From: Octopus sinensis
Lineage: Eukaryota
NCBI RefSeq assembly: GCF_006345805.1
Contig: NC_042998.1
Location: 50,778,001-50,842,000, forward strand
Length of the DNA stretch: 64,000 bases
Direction of reading: 5' to 3'
Shown one piece after another: positions 52,651 to 64,000 of the stretch; the first letter of the stretch is position 1; the number at the start of each line of letters is the position of its first letter. The notes beneath the pieces are model-generated. The model saw only the letters and a list, made by a program, of their open reading frames with translations. It did not search any database and was not told the DNA's origin. The position numbers and the translations under genes were made by a program.

Positions 52651-55600
52651 TAAGTCCGTTTTCCAGACTGGCATGGATAGGACGGTGTTTGACAGGAACT
52701 GGCAAGTCAGAAGACTGCACCAAGTTCTGCTATCCTGTTTTGGCATGGTTTCTATTGCCGGATGCTCATCCTAATGCCAACCACTTTACATTTACAGAGT
52801 GTGCCAGGTGCAGTTGACATGGCACCAGCAACAGTGAGGTCACTAAGTAACTTGCAGAACAAGACCCCTCAATTGGTGGGGGGAGTAGTATCGAGAGATA
52901 GAGAAGGTGATATCTTGCATTAGAAGGAAAGATGGAAAGAGAGAGGGGGAGAGGGGGAAGAGAGAGGGAGAGAGAGAGAGGAGAGAAAGATGGTATAGAT
53001 GTGAGAGAGAGAGAGGAGGCAGAGGCCGTACACAAAAGTTACAGGGTGGTGTATTTAGTGATGTGAACCAGGGATAGAACAAGCATAAGGTTGATGAGAT
53101 GTCTCTAATGCTCTAGTTTCTGCAATTTTTTGCATATAGTTTGCTGCTATTGGCCAGTTCATGTGACAAAGCAGAGTTTTATTTCCTTCCCAGAGATGCA
53201 ATGAGCAGGCTTATCCAGAGAGATATGCTTTGGTATTTATCAATCATAGCCTTGTTATCTTGTAGGTGAGACTAGGAAGAATTATCCTCTGAGAGAAAAA
53301 TAAGCTGTGATGGTCAGCTTTAACTCTTTCATTACTGTATTCCTAATGAATCACTCTTAACTGTTGTTTTAATTAATTTTGAAAATAATGAAAAATATTG
53401 TGAAATTGTTGTATGTGTAGGATTTTTGTTATCTATCTCTGTGTGATATCTGCACTTGTAGGTTGCTTCACACATTTCCCTACAATGTTGTAGAAAGGAA
53501 TAAAATGGCAGGAACACGAATCGCTGAACAAATAACAATAATAGTTTATTTTTTTCACAGAAGGAGATACTTCATCGCTGTTCATCGGTAGCGTGAATGC
53601 CAGGGTTAGGAAAGCAGCAGAGTCGGATTAAATCACCATGGTTAAAACAGTCTTCACTGCCAAAGGTTTCAGTCATTTGTCATTGCTTCCATGAGGCCCA
53701 ACACTCAAAAGGTGCTTTGCACATGCCACTGGCATCCATGAGACTCTATGCTTGAAAGGTGCTTTTTACATCCCACCAGCACAGATGCCAGTTACATGAC
53801 ACCAGCATCAGACACAACTATGATTTCACTTGGGTTGACAAAGTGATTAACTGTAAACACAAAAAATGTAAGGCAACAGAATCAGGTCTGAGTGTGAAAG
53901 AAATTTCTAGTCAAAACTCTGCCTATCATTAATTTAGAATGGCAATGATCATTAGTAGCTGGGACTGAGTTTCCTGGCCCTTGGCAGGAAACTGGTGTGA
54001 TTGAATAGTTCTATGTAGGGATATACCATTTTCCCTAGCAGGATAGGAGCTAAGGAAAGGTAACCTAAAAATTGTCCACTCAGCTCAGTTTCTGGACAGA
54101 AAACCCACATGTCAGGGCATCCTATATACAGTAGCAATCATAAAAATCAAGAAACATAATTTAAGTAATTATGCTTGTCATGTGACATATATAGGCATCA
54201 CTTGATGTCAGCAACTTGACAAGCCAAAACCAGGGACAAACAGTTATCAAGGTCAGTGAACCAAGGCACTATAATGTGGAACTCAATGAAATCAGGCTAC
54301 TTAGAGGGGGTTCTCTCAACAAGGTTGTTGTGGTCTATACCTTCTTATGCAAGAGCTATTTTCAGAGTGGACATTATTTATAAGACATAATTTTTGTTGT
54401 AAGGATCAGATCACAGGTGCAGGCATAGCTGTGTGGTAAGAAACTTACTTCCCAATTACATGGTTCTGGGTTCAGCCCCACTACATGACACTCTGGGCAA
54501 GCATCTTCTACTATAGTCTCAGGTTGAGCAAAGCCTCGTGAGTGCAATTAGTAGATCAAAACTGAAAGAAGTCCATTATGCATGTGTGTGTGTTTGTGTG
54601 CCTCTGTTTGCTCCCTGACTGACAACTGGCGTTGGTGTGTTTAAGCCCCTGTGGAATTCCAACCATGTTTCATGGTTTACTACCTCAACATCTCTTTTAT
54701 AGGATCCAATGGCTAAAAACATCATCAGGATGAACCAAGTCCAGTTTCAGTCCCTACTCCTTTACTGTTTTTGATGTGGTGGGCACCTCATCCTTTCAGA
54801 AGTATCTTCAGCTCTGGTGTTGAGTGCGTTTTTTCTTTTGCTCTTTGGTTTCTTTGATGCAGTATCAACAAACGTCAGCGGGCAAATGACCAATCTGCCA
54901 AATTTCCCTGTAAATACTCACTAGTAAACTCCAGCAACCAGCACCAGCTAACTGTTCTGTGTCACTGTCTAAGCTTCAACTGACTGATGGAGGGCAAGGG
55001 CACGTAGTTTTGGTCCATGCCCTCTCTAAACCTGCCTTTCAACAGGGTCATGTTAGTTTCAGTTCCAGCAGCCAAAGCCGACCACCTATTTGGTGGTACA
55101 AGCTTTCAAACTTGGAGGAGGGTGTGCTATGAACAAGATCACTATCTTGGCCTACCTGTCAATCAGTGATGCTGCTTCAGTGTCAGCCAGCCTCATCTAG
55201 CAATGCTTTTCCCAGTCGGCATGTTATGGCTTTCAAGCCATTTTGAGTCTTCTCATTTCAGCTACATATAGAAGCTGGCTTTGTTGACTGCCTCCTGTAT
55301 CCACCTTATTACTTTTCTCAGCTCTGAGCTTGAAAATGCAAACCTTCTTTTAAATAACATTGCCATTTTTCTTTCAATGAAACCTCTAGCCCCCACTGCC
55401 AGGAGGTAAAAACTTGACATTCCATCCCTGTTCTCCATAATCTTCGATTAATCTCTCATACCTCTTCTCCTTTCATTGCTCTGCATTAGCGATGTTCACC
55501 TCCCATGGCACTGTCAGCTCTAGCAAAATTCCAATTTTCCATTCTGTGTTCCATAGGATTAAGTTCGGTCTTTTTGTTGTTTTTATGAGTGGAAATATTA

Positions 55601-56191
55601 ACAGTCTTTCCAGCCATGCAGCCACCTCCTAGTATTCCTTCTATCTTTAATATATCTTGTATATTTCTTTTGAAGGCCTGGCCTTATGTCTTTTTCCCTC
55701 CTTCTAGAAGTATATCCTTCCGTGCTTTTCTACTTTTGGGTACTCTATTATATCCATATGACATCAGGACAGCATTCAAAAGTAATACAACACTTCGCAA
55801 ATATCTCCTTCAAGTAAAACCACCAATAGAAGAGAATATGACTAAGAACTGTGTGTACTCCATCCCATGCAGCTGTGGTAGGTTATACAAAGGTGAAACA
55901 TGCCGCCTCCTCAAAATAAAGGTAGAAGAACATCGCAAAGCTGTGACATGGGGAGATATTGACAAATCGAGTATAGGATCATGTATGGGAAAATAGAGAC
56001 CACTTCCTCTTGTGGGATGAAGTTAAAATAATAGACAGAGAACACCACTGGAAAATACAAAAACTAAAAGAACACAACAAACTTCTAAGCAGACCGAGTG
56101 CAGACATGAACAGCATATGGGAACTGGTATTAAGGTAGGATAAGAGAATATTAAATTTATAAGCCCTAAAATTCACTCCATAATTGCCCAC

Positions 56192-56260
56192 GGGCATAAG
56201 GCATAGTGGTTAAGAGCGCCAGCTACTAACATCAAGATTCCAAGTTCGATTCTAGGCAGT
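56192..56260 (+). promoter_or_regulatory. tRNA-like Pol III A/B boxes inside the Penelope 3' UTR
   Basis: AGGCATAGTGG (A-box-like, ~56199-56209) and AGTTCGATTCT (B-box-like, ~56243-56253). Confidence 0.5.
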
Positions 56261-56343
56261 GACCTAAATAATAATAATAATAACAACAACAACAACAACA
56301 ATAAACAACAAGGAATGAGAACCCAGGTTCAAAATTTCCCCAA

Positions 56344-56381
56344 GACACCTGATGAAGGCTGGAGGGCATATCAGCCGAAAC
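56344..56381 (+). ncRNA. 5' portion of a minimal type I hammerhead ribozyme, truncated at the element end
   Basis: GACAC-CTGATGA-A-GGCTG-(10 nt)-CAGCC-GAAAC, then the TSD; the 3' strand of stem I is absent. Confidence 0.7.
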
Positions 56382-59300
56382 ATTATATCCCTCGATCTTC
56401 TCCTTGAGTGCTGCGTTTATGACACTGAGGACCTGATTGTGATGCCATGTATATCTGTCTAGTGCTAGCCTAGTTTGGCAAAAGAGATTGATAGAATTAG
56501 TACCAGGATTAACATAAAGCAAGTACTGTTGCCCCAGCATGGCCTCAGTCAAATGCCTGAAACAAATAAAAGATAGCAAACTAAACTGACTGAAACACTA
56601 GTTGGCATTAGGGAGTAGCTAATGTTACTAGGTACTGCTCTTGAAAGAGAGCTACTATGAACTCTGCCACTCTGACCTATTCTATCAGACATTAGATATG
56701 ACACTAAGTAAAATACTCAAACAAAAAAACAAAGTCATTCTAACAGGGTATCTTCATGCAAAACAAAACAACAAAAAGACAACAATAACTGAAAATGAGT
56801 AATCAGAAACCATAGTAACAGTAACAGCATCATACTTCTTTCTCTATGTGTGAAACATAACTTAACCAACAACTACACCATTTCCAACACCAGGTCCAAA
56901 GACTAACATCTTATTGACTTCATCATGGTCAAGTGAGGAAAGCTGGATGCTGGATAGACTATCATAGGATACTAACAAATATCAGATCTGTTAGATAATC
57001 TGGTTCACTGCATCTCGAGGTCAAGTCCTTTTGAGGTCAACTTTGATTTACATGCTTTCAGAAGGACAATGATCATTGGTAGCTGAGACTTGGTAGACCA
57101 ATTGGTGATAGAACAGCATAGCTCTATCTAGAGACCATAACATTTGCCCAATTAAGATAGGAGCCAGAATTTGGAGTTGATCATTCTTTTTCCCTTCTCT
57201 CTCTCTGTAAGAAATTGGTTCTACTCAGACCTGGAGTAGGCTGAGCTCCCACCATGTTTAGTTACTGAAGACATCATGCCATAATAGAACCCTCTAAGAC
57301 TGCATTAGGAAATGGTAACTCAGTGACAGAGGAAAGAAATACTAGAAACACAAATTTATCTTAATCCTCAGTACCTTTGTTTTTGGAAAGCTTTCACAAT
57401 ATTCCACAATGTTGTAATTTACTTAAAAAAAGCATCACACATTTCTACTGTTAATTCCAAACCACATCAGTCCTTTCAATACATCAATATGTCACATGAG
57501 TTCTCTGAGTATTCTCACTCCCCCACACAAGCCCTTCCCCCACACAGAAGAATATTTTCGCTTTTGAATTCAGATCTGACCAATACATTTTAAATGAAGG
57601 CCAGCGCTGCCCATGCCAGCGTCGCCTTGACTGGCTTCTGTACTGGTGGCATGTGACCTTCTGAGCTTGAGGAGACCTATTAAGTCAAGTACATCAACAT
57701 CAAAATAAATATCAAATGGAAATTGTAGTTGTGATACCTGTGCCGGTGGCACATAAAAAGCACCATCCAAACATGGCTGATGCCAGCACCACCTTGACTG
57801 GCTTCTGTGCTGGTGGCACATAAAAAGCACCAACCGATCATGGCCACTGCTAGCCTCCCCAGGCACCTGTGCTGGTGGCATGTAAAAAGCACCCACTACA
57901 CTCACGGAAAGGTTGGCGTTAGGAAGGGCATCCAGCTGTAGAAACACAACCAGATCAGACTGGAGCCTGCTGCAGCCTCCTGGCTTCCCAGACCCTGGTC
58001 AAACCGTCCAACCCATGCTAGCATGGAAAATGGACGTTAAACAATGATGATGATGATGTCTATAAAACCTTAATTCTATTTGACTGAAATCCATTTCAAT
58101 AAATTTGTATCTTAATGGTTGTTGTTGTTGTTGCAGACCAATGATCCAAGTCAATCCAGCTATAACCATCCTAACCCATTTCTTTCTCAAAGACAGTACA
58201 ATGTAATTTTAGGAAATCTGGCTATCATTCTTACTAGATCAAATGATTATATTGAGGCTTTTCACACAAAAAAGGGTAGAACAATTAGCTCTAAATTACG
58301 CTAATCTAGTATTTTTCTTTATATATACAGTACTATAAATTGCAAGAGTTAATTCAGTCACTAAAATTGCATATACCTCACTGGTTTTCCTTATCCAGGC
58401 AATGTCCAATAATTTATTACCTGTAACAGATTGCCAAGATTAAAAAAAAAAAAAAAAAAGAAATGGAATGCCTTGTTTTATGACTAACGACATATCAAAT
58501 TAAATACCAATTTCCCTTTTATTGTTCACTTCTATGAATTATCTGTCATGGACCAAGCTTTTATAATTTTGTCACACTGAGGAATTCTTATATGGTTATG
58601 GGCCATAAGATCTATAGATGAAAAGAAATTAGATTGCGCAACATTTATGTCTCTCTCTCTCAGTTGCTTTAAAAAGTGAACTGAGTACAGAGGAATAAGG
58701 AAACAATGTTTCAGACTTTAGTGCTCCAGGAATTTACTCTATCAACTATTGTATCTACCATTAATTTGTTCTATGATTCTCTTTTTAGCGTTTTTGTTTG
58801 TTATTTTTCCATTCAGTTAGCTTTCATTATCATCTCGCAACACAAAAGCTAATTTGCAATAAACTCCGCTATAATTTCTCCCTGTTAAATGAAGGGCAAC
58901 ATGACATCTGGAAAAGAAAACACATTTAAAAGTGAGTTTTTAAATGCTAGATTTTATAGTGCAAGGAAAAGGAAGACACCAACTCATTTTGTCAGCTTAC
59001 TGGAAAATTTGAGGTAGCTAACAGTTATTTGGACATAAGAAGTTTGACATTGTGCAATAAGATAGCAATGAAATATTAACAAAACTTTAAATGTGACTTC
59101 AAAGCAATAAAAAAATTTTTGCTGGCACAGGATTCTCTAAATGATAATTTATAGCCTCACCTTGCATGTAATATTAAATTATCTCTCGAGCACACTGAAT
59201 ATCAACTATTCATGTACATTAAAAGATCTAGCATTAATCTCTTTTGTGTACTCATCAAAAATAATTTTATAACTAAGAGTTAATAGAAAAATGTTAGCCA

Positions 59301-60061
59301 TTGAAAACATCAAAGAGAATTCAGAGGAAATTAAAAGAAAAGAAACAAAACCCCACCAAAAAAATTAACACACACACACACACAAATCAAGTACGTAAAA
59401 TTCATAAAAACAATTTCTTTCATTTAAGAGTTACAAAAATGGGAGATAACTGTAGTATGCATATACCTCATTATTGATCAACTTTGAAAAATACAAAATA
59501 TGCATCATATACTTTCACAAAATAAGCACTATATACTTACAACTGATGGAACATCACATTACTTTTCATTTAAACACAAATAATAATGCATGTGCCTGGT
59601 GTACCCTTATCAGGCGAGTAATCATGATGGGTATATTGGGCTCTGTATATCTGTACCCCAGTGTCACTTTGATGGCATGTGCTGCTCTCTCAGTAATAAT
59701 AATAATAATAATAATGATAATAATCATCGATTAAGTTCCACTTTCCATGCTAGCATGGGTTGGACGATTTGACTGAGGTCTGGCGAACCAGACTCCAATC
59801 TGATCTGGCAGAGTTTCTACAGCTGGATTCCCTTCCTAACACCAAACACTCCGAGAGTGTAGTGGGTGCTTTTATGTGCTAATGGCATGAGGGCCAGTTA
59901 GGTGGTACTAGCAACGACCACGTTCAAATGGTGCTTTTTATGTGCCACCTGCACAGGAGCCAGTCCAGTGGCACTGGCAACAACCTCGCTCGAATGTTTT
60001 TTTCATGTGCCCCCAGCACAAGTGCTAGTAAGGCGACGCAGATAATGATCACACTCGAAAT

Positions 60062-60109
<48 letters not shown>

Positions 60110-60198
60110 TTTAAGATTACATAACTTGATAGGGAGTCAATAAAACGGTCCAGCATTAACAAGATCATCACTGTCCAAATTAAGGAATACAACTACTA

Positions 60199-60910
60199 TC
60201 AGGTTGTTCCAAAAATAATGGCCGATTTCAGAAACATAATTTTATTCTGGAAAAATTAACAATAGAAATGTTTTGATGAGTCAAAGTATGAGCCGTGAAC
60301 AGCTATACATCTCTGCCATTGATCAACGAGGTTATTTATGCCTCGTTGATAAAAACTTATTGGCATTGATGCTAAGAAATCTTTGAAAGCTGATTCCACC
60401 TCTGGTTTGGACCTGAAAGTTTTATCACTTAAAATGTGTTTAAATGAGACCAAGTGCCTGAGACATTTCTCTGACACTCTGAAGTAGGTTTCGTTCAACA
60501 ATTGCTTTCAATTGTTCATTGTCAAGACTGCATAACCGTCCTCTACTTTCTTCATCTTCAAGGCTCTCATGACCACTACAGAATTTCTGAAACCACCTTC
60601 ACAGTGTGTGATCACTTGTGGATCCCTCTCCCCATGCTCTGTTGACATTGGCAGCGGTATGGGAGGCATTGTGCCCAAGCTTGAACTCATGCAAGAAAAG
60701 TAAGTGAAGATCCATTTTTTGTCATGTTCATAATTAAGGGCACCTGTGCTTCAAGAATGTTTTCTGTTTGAAATAAGTAGAAAATTATTAAAGAGCATAC
60801 ATCAATTATAAGTATGTTGAAATTCACCGAAAATATAATTAAAATACTATGATTAAATTGTATTTCCAAATACAACACTTAGAATGACCATTATTTTCAG
60901 AACAACCTAA
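60199..60910 (-). mobile_element. internally deleted mariner element
   Basis: TIRs TCAGGTTGTTCCAAAAATAATGG / CCATTATTTTCAGAACAACCTAA, TA TSD; N-terminal HEFKLGHNA..RRWFQKF..LEDEE and C-terminal FYQRGINNLVDQWQRCIAVHGSYFD. Confidence 0.85.
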
Positions 60911-61643
60911 TACTACTACTACTAATAATAATAAAAAGACGGGCTACAGCAAATATTCTGCTCAATACTACATAGATGCTCATCAGTTGCCTGACCTTAA
61001 CCAGTTGAGCATGCTCCTTGGTGGCTGATGATATGTGCATTTCTGATAATGAACAGGAGTAGTAGGGAAGCATCATAGCCATGTGTTGAGAGGAATTCTT
61101 TGGGGTTTCAATAATTTCCCTCAGGAAACATGGGTGTTCCACTCATCATCCTTAAACCACCCTTAATCAGGGACATTTTGAGCAGGAGGAGCTACTAAAC
61201 CCGAAGAAACTTCTAACAGAACCCAACCTACAAGGTTATGTGCTGTTTATCTTGATATGAAATCTCCATGTCACACACATAAGGTTGTGATGTATATTTA
61301 TAATAATAATAATAATAATAATGATAATAATTGTTTCTGCAATAAGCACAAGGCCTGAAATTTGGGGGTTGGGTGTTTGTCAATTACATTGACCCTAGTG
61401 CATAACTGGTACTTATTTCATTGACCCCAAAAGGATGAAAGGTAGAGTCAACCTTGGCAGAATTTGAACTCCGATTGTAAAGATGAACAAAATGCCACTA
61501 TGCATTTTGCCCGGTGTGCTAACAACTCTGCCAGCTTGCCACCCAAATAATAATAATAATAATAATCATCATCATCATTATCATTTAACATCCTTCTTCC
61601 ATGCTATCATGGGTGAGACAAAATAATGATGATGATAATAATG

Positions 61644-62148
61644 TTAGAAAATTACTATTTTTAAATCTCACAACGAGAGATATTCAGCAACAGTACTTTG
61701 GAGTAAAGATTGTTTGGCAACATAAAATGGCAGTTCTGGTTTAGGACGAATGTTGCTGTAATTTAGCCCCAGTAGACATTGTCTTTAGCTGGCTATATGA
61801 CACAATCTGTGTCCTTATATTTTCAAACAAGGGAATCTAGCACCTCCACTCAGCTCAAAACAATATCTAACGGAACAATTATTCTGTGCTGATGAAGGGA
61901 AATAACCCGGAAATCTCGATACACAGATATTGTTTTGAACTGAGTTGGGGTGCTAGATTCCCTTGTTTGAAAATATAAGGACACAGATTGTGTAGTATAG
62001 CCAGCTAGAGATAATGTCTCCTGGGCTAACTTACAACAACATTCGTCTTAAACCAGGACTGCCATGTCTTGTTGGCAAACAATCTTTACTCCAAAGTATT
62101 GTTGCTGAATATCTCTCGTTGTGAGATTTAAAAAAAGAAATTTTCTAA
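61644..62148. repeat. fold-back, ~225-bp arms (61644-61868 / 61925-62148), 56-bp loop
   Basis: Arms are reverse complements along their full length with scattered mismatches. Confidence 0.9.
61883..61927 (+). ncRNA. minimal type I hammerhead ribozyme (HHR1), core intact
   Basis: TCTGTG-CTGATGA-A-GGG-AAATAA-CCC-G-GAAA-TCTCGAT-A-CACAGA; predicted cleavage after AUA at 61921. Confidence 0.75.
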
Positions 62149-62234
62149 TTTATAGATAAGTGACTAGTTGCCACTTTGAAAACTATATATTTCAAATGGG
62201 AATTTGGCAGCGCCACCTCTAGCTGAACAATTAT

Positions 62235-62279
62235 TCTGTGCTGATGAAGAGAAATAACCCAGAAATCACAATACACAGA
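62235..62279 (+). ncRNA. minimal type I hammerhead ribozyme (HHR2), tandem copy
   Basis: TCTGTG-CTGATGA-A-GAG-AAATAA-CCC-A-GAAA-TCACAAT-A-CACAGA; one stem II mismatch; predicted cleavage after 62273. Confidence 0.65.
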
Positions 62280-63207
62280 TACTGTTTTGAGCTGAGTGGG
62301 GTTGCTAGATTCTCTTGTTCAAAAATATAAGGACACATATCATGTCGTATAGCCAGCTAGAGACGATGTCTCTGGGAGCTAAATTACAGCAACATTCATC
62401 CTAAACCAGGACTGCCAAGTTATGTTGGCAAACAATCTTTACTCCATAATAATAATGGTTTCAAACTTTGGCACAAGACTTGCAATTTTGGGGGTGGTAT
62501 AAGTTGATGATACCAACCCTAGTGTTCAACTGGTACATATCTTATTGACCCTGAAAGAATGAAAGGCAATGTCGACCTTGGTAGAACTTGAACTCAGAAT
62601 ATAAAGACGGAGAAAATGCCACTAAGCATTTTGACCAACATGCTAAGGATTCTGCCAGCTCAATGCCTTCATAATTATAACTAAATAAAATATATTTGAA
62701 TATTTTTTTGTAATGTTTCAGCTTTATTTGCTTCTTCTTGTTACATTGTACTGTTTAGGTATGCACATTCGGAACTTTATATATATAAAAAAAAATCTCT
62801 TTAAAATATTACATCTAATAATCATTTACAATGCTAATCACTTGAGCAGAAACTACATAGAAGGTAGTCAATAAAAAGTAGCTATAGTTCATGTATAGAA
62901 AAATAATAATTGTCAAATAACTCAATAATAGGCAAGAAATATAATTAACTGACATAGAAGTAGCTTGATGAGATATCATATTAATCATTTAAGATGTAAA
63001 ATTAGAGAAGTGATGAGACACTACTAATTATTTTAGCCTTGACTTTAAATCTGATTGAAAATTTTTCTTTGAATGAATGAAAATTTTAACAAGGTACTAA
63101 ATCCAGATGTTGGGTGGGAAGCTAATCATTTGATTTGAAATTCCGGGAAAGAAACAGTAAGATAATAAAGATAATTGGTTTTGCTTTGAATTGTGAGAGA
63201 ATATCTT

Positions 63208-63452
63208 GGTGCCACATAAAAAGCACTGGTGTTGGTGCCATGTAAAAAGCACTGGTGATAGTGTCACATAAAAAAGGCACTGGGGCTGGTAACACATAAA
63301 AGGCACTGGCAATAGCACCATATAAAATGCACTAATGGTGGTGGGGGGGGTGCCATATTAAAGGTACTGGTGCTGATGCCATGTAAAAAAACACTAGTGA
63401 TGATGCCAGGTAAAAAGCACTGGTGCTGGTTCCATATAAAAAGCACCCAGTA
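63208..63452 (+). repeat. degenerate ~26-bp tandem repeat in an RTE 3' UTR
   Basis: About nine units of GTGCCAYRTAAAAAGCACTGGTGNTG. Confidence 0.75.
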
Positions 63453-63594
63453 CACTCTGTGAAGTGTTTGGAATTAGGAAGGGCAAAACAGATAATGGAA
63501 CTTGGGGTAGCTCCTTGCCTTGCCAACTCCTGTCAAACAAACCAATCCATGCCCGCATGGAAAATGGATGTTAATCGATGACTCTGAAGATGAA

Positions 63595-63630
<36 letters not shown>

Positions 63631-64000
63631 AATGATGATGATGATAATAAAATAAAAATTTCACAGATGAAGAGATTTTGACCGAAGTTATTGGAGCATA
63701 CCACATGTCTAATCAATGCATATAAATATCAAACTTTTGGAAGAACTATCCTACCCTTGATAGTATGATGAATAAGGGGATATAAAAATAAAGTGTTCAG
63801 TTTTTCTTCACCCTCTACTCAGCCTTACACGCTATTTCGGTTTTGATTAATTATTCAAAAACATTGTCCTCTTCAAAGCACAAAATGCTTGTAATGGCCT
63901 CTCAAACACATTTACTTTTGATGTCATAAGGATTTTATAAACTTTCGAGAGGATATGAAATAATTCTTTTATGAAACAATGAATCTTGAAGCACATAAAG

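Larger units (their letters stand above)
55756..56381 (+). mobile_element. 5'-truncated Penelope-like element (GIY-YIG endonuclease + 3' UTR)
   Basis: KNCVYSIPCSCGRLYKGETC..EEHRKA, frameshift, then DHVWEN..WDEVKIIDREHHWK..SRPS..IWE; 9-bp TSD ATTATATCC (55747-55755 / 56382-56390). Confidence 0.85.
55190..57330 (-). mobile_element. decayed HERO-like RLE LINE, interrupted by a Penelope-like insertion
   Basis: Minus strand LALDRYTWHHNQVLSVINAALKEKIEGYN | insertion | GYNRVPK..FPLIKTTKRPNLILWNTEWKIGILLELTVPWE (RLE nuclease). The upper boundary is approximate. Confidence 0.75.

Noticed and set aside
53332-54137. Upstream host-gene exons (ORFs 53332-53538, 53952-54137, island 53558-53640)
   Set aside because: Splice sites and phases are possible but weak or ambiguous; not supportable without transcript data.
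55589-55755. N-terminal part of ORF 55589-55996 as Penelope protein
   Set aside because: It lies outside the TSD and is the antisense strand of the host RLE LINE.

Overview
AT-rich eukaryotic genomic DNA, dominated by microsatellites and interspersed repeats. The repeat repertoire looks like an octopus (coleoid cephalopod) genome; this is recognition, not a database result. It includes tRNA-headed SINEs, RTE 3' ends with (ATG)n tails, R4/Dong- and HERO-like RLE LINE relics, Tc1/mariner deletion derivatives and TTAA-flanked MITEs. Most entries in the ORF track are microsatellite or transposon artefacts. A multi-exon protein-coding gene appears to run on the minus strand (best exons 50035-49855, 44926-44705, 38180-37893, 7003-6787; phases join); I cannot name its product. 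The most notable signal is a set of minimal type I hammerhead ribozyme (HHR) motifs from about four unrelated repeat contexts. At 61.6-62.4 kb, two tandem HHRs lie 352 nt apart, the first in the loop of a ~225-bp fold-back whose inverted arm stops 3 nt from the predicted cleavage site (retrozyme / Penelope pLTR-like). At 55.7-56.4 kb, a Penelope-like GIY-YIG fragment with a 9-bp TSD ends at its own HHR and carries Pol III A/B boxes just upstream. Degenerate HHRs sit at 16.7 and 31.3 kb. Also present: two full-length copies of an unclassified ~205-nt structured retroposon and several fold-back structures. HHR-bearing Penelope elements and retrozymes are known classes; novelty of these particular families cannot be judged without searches.
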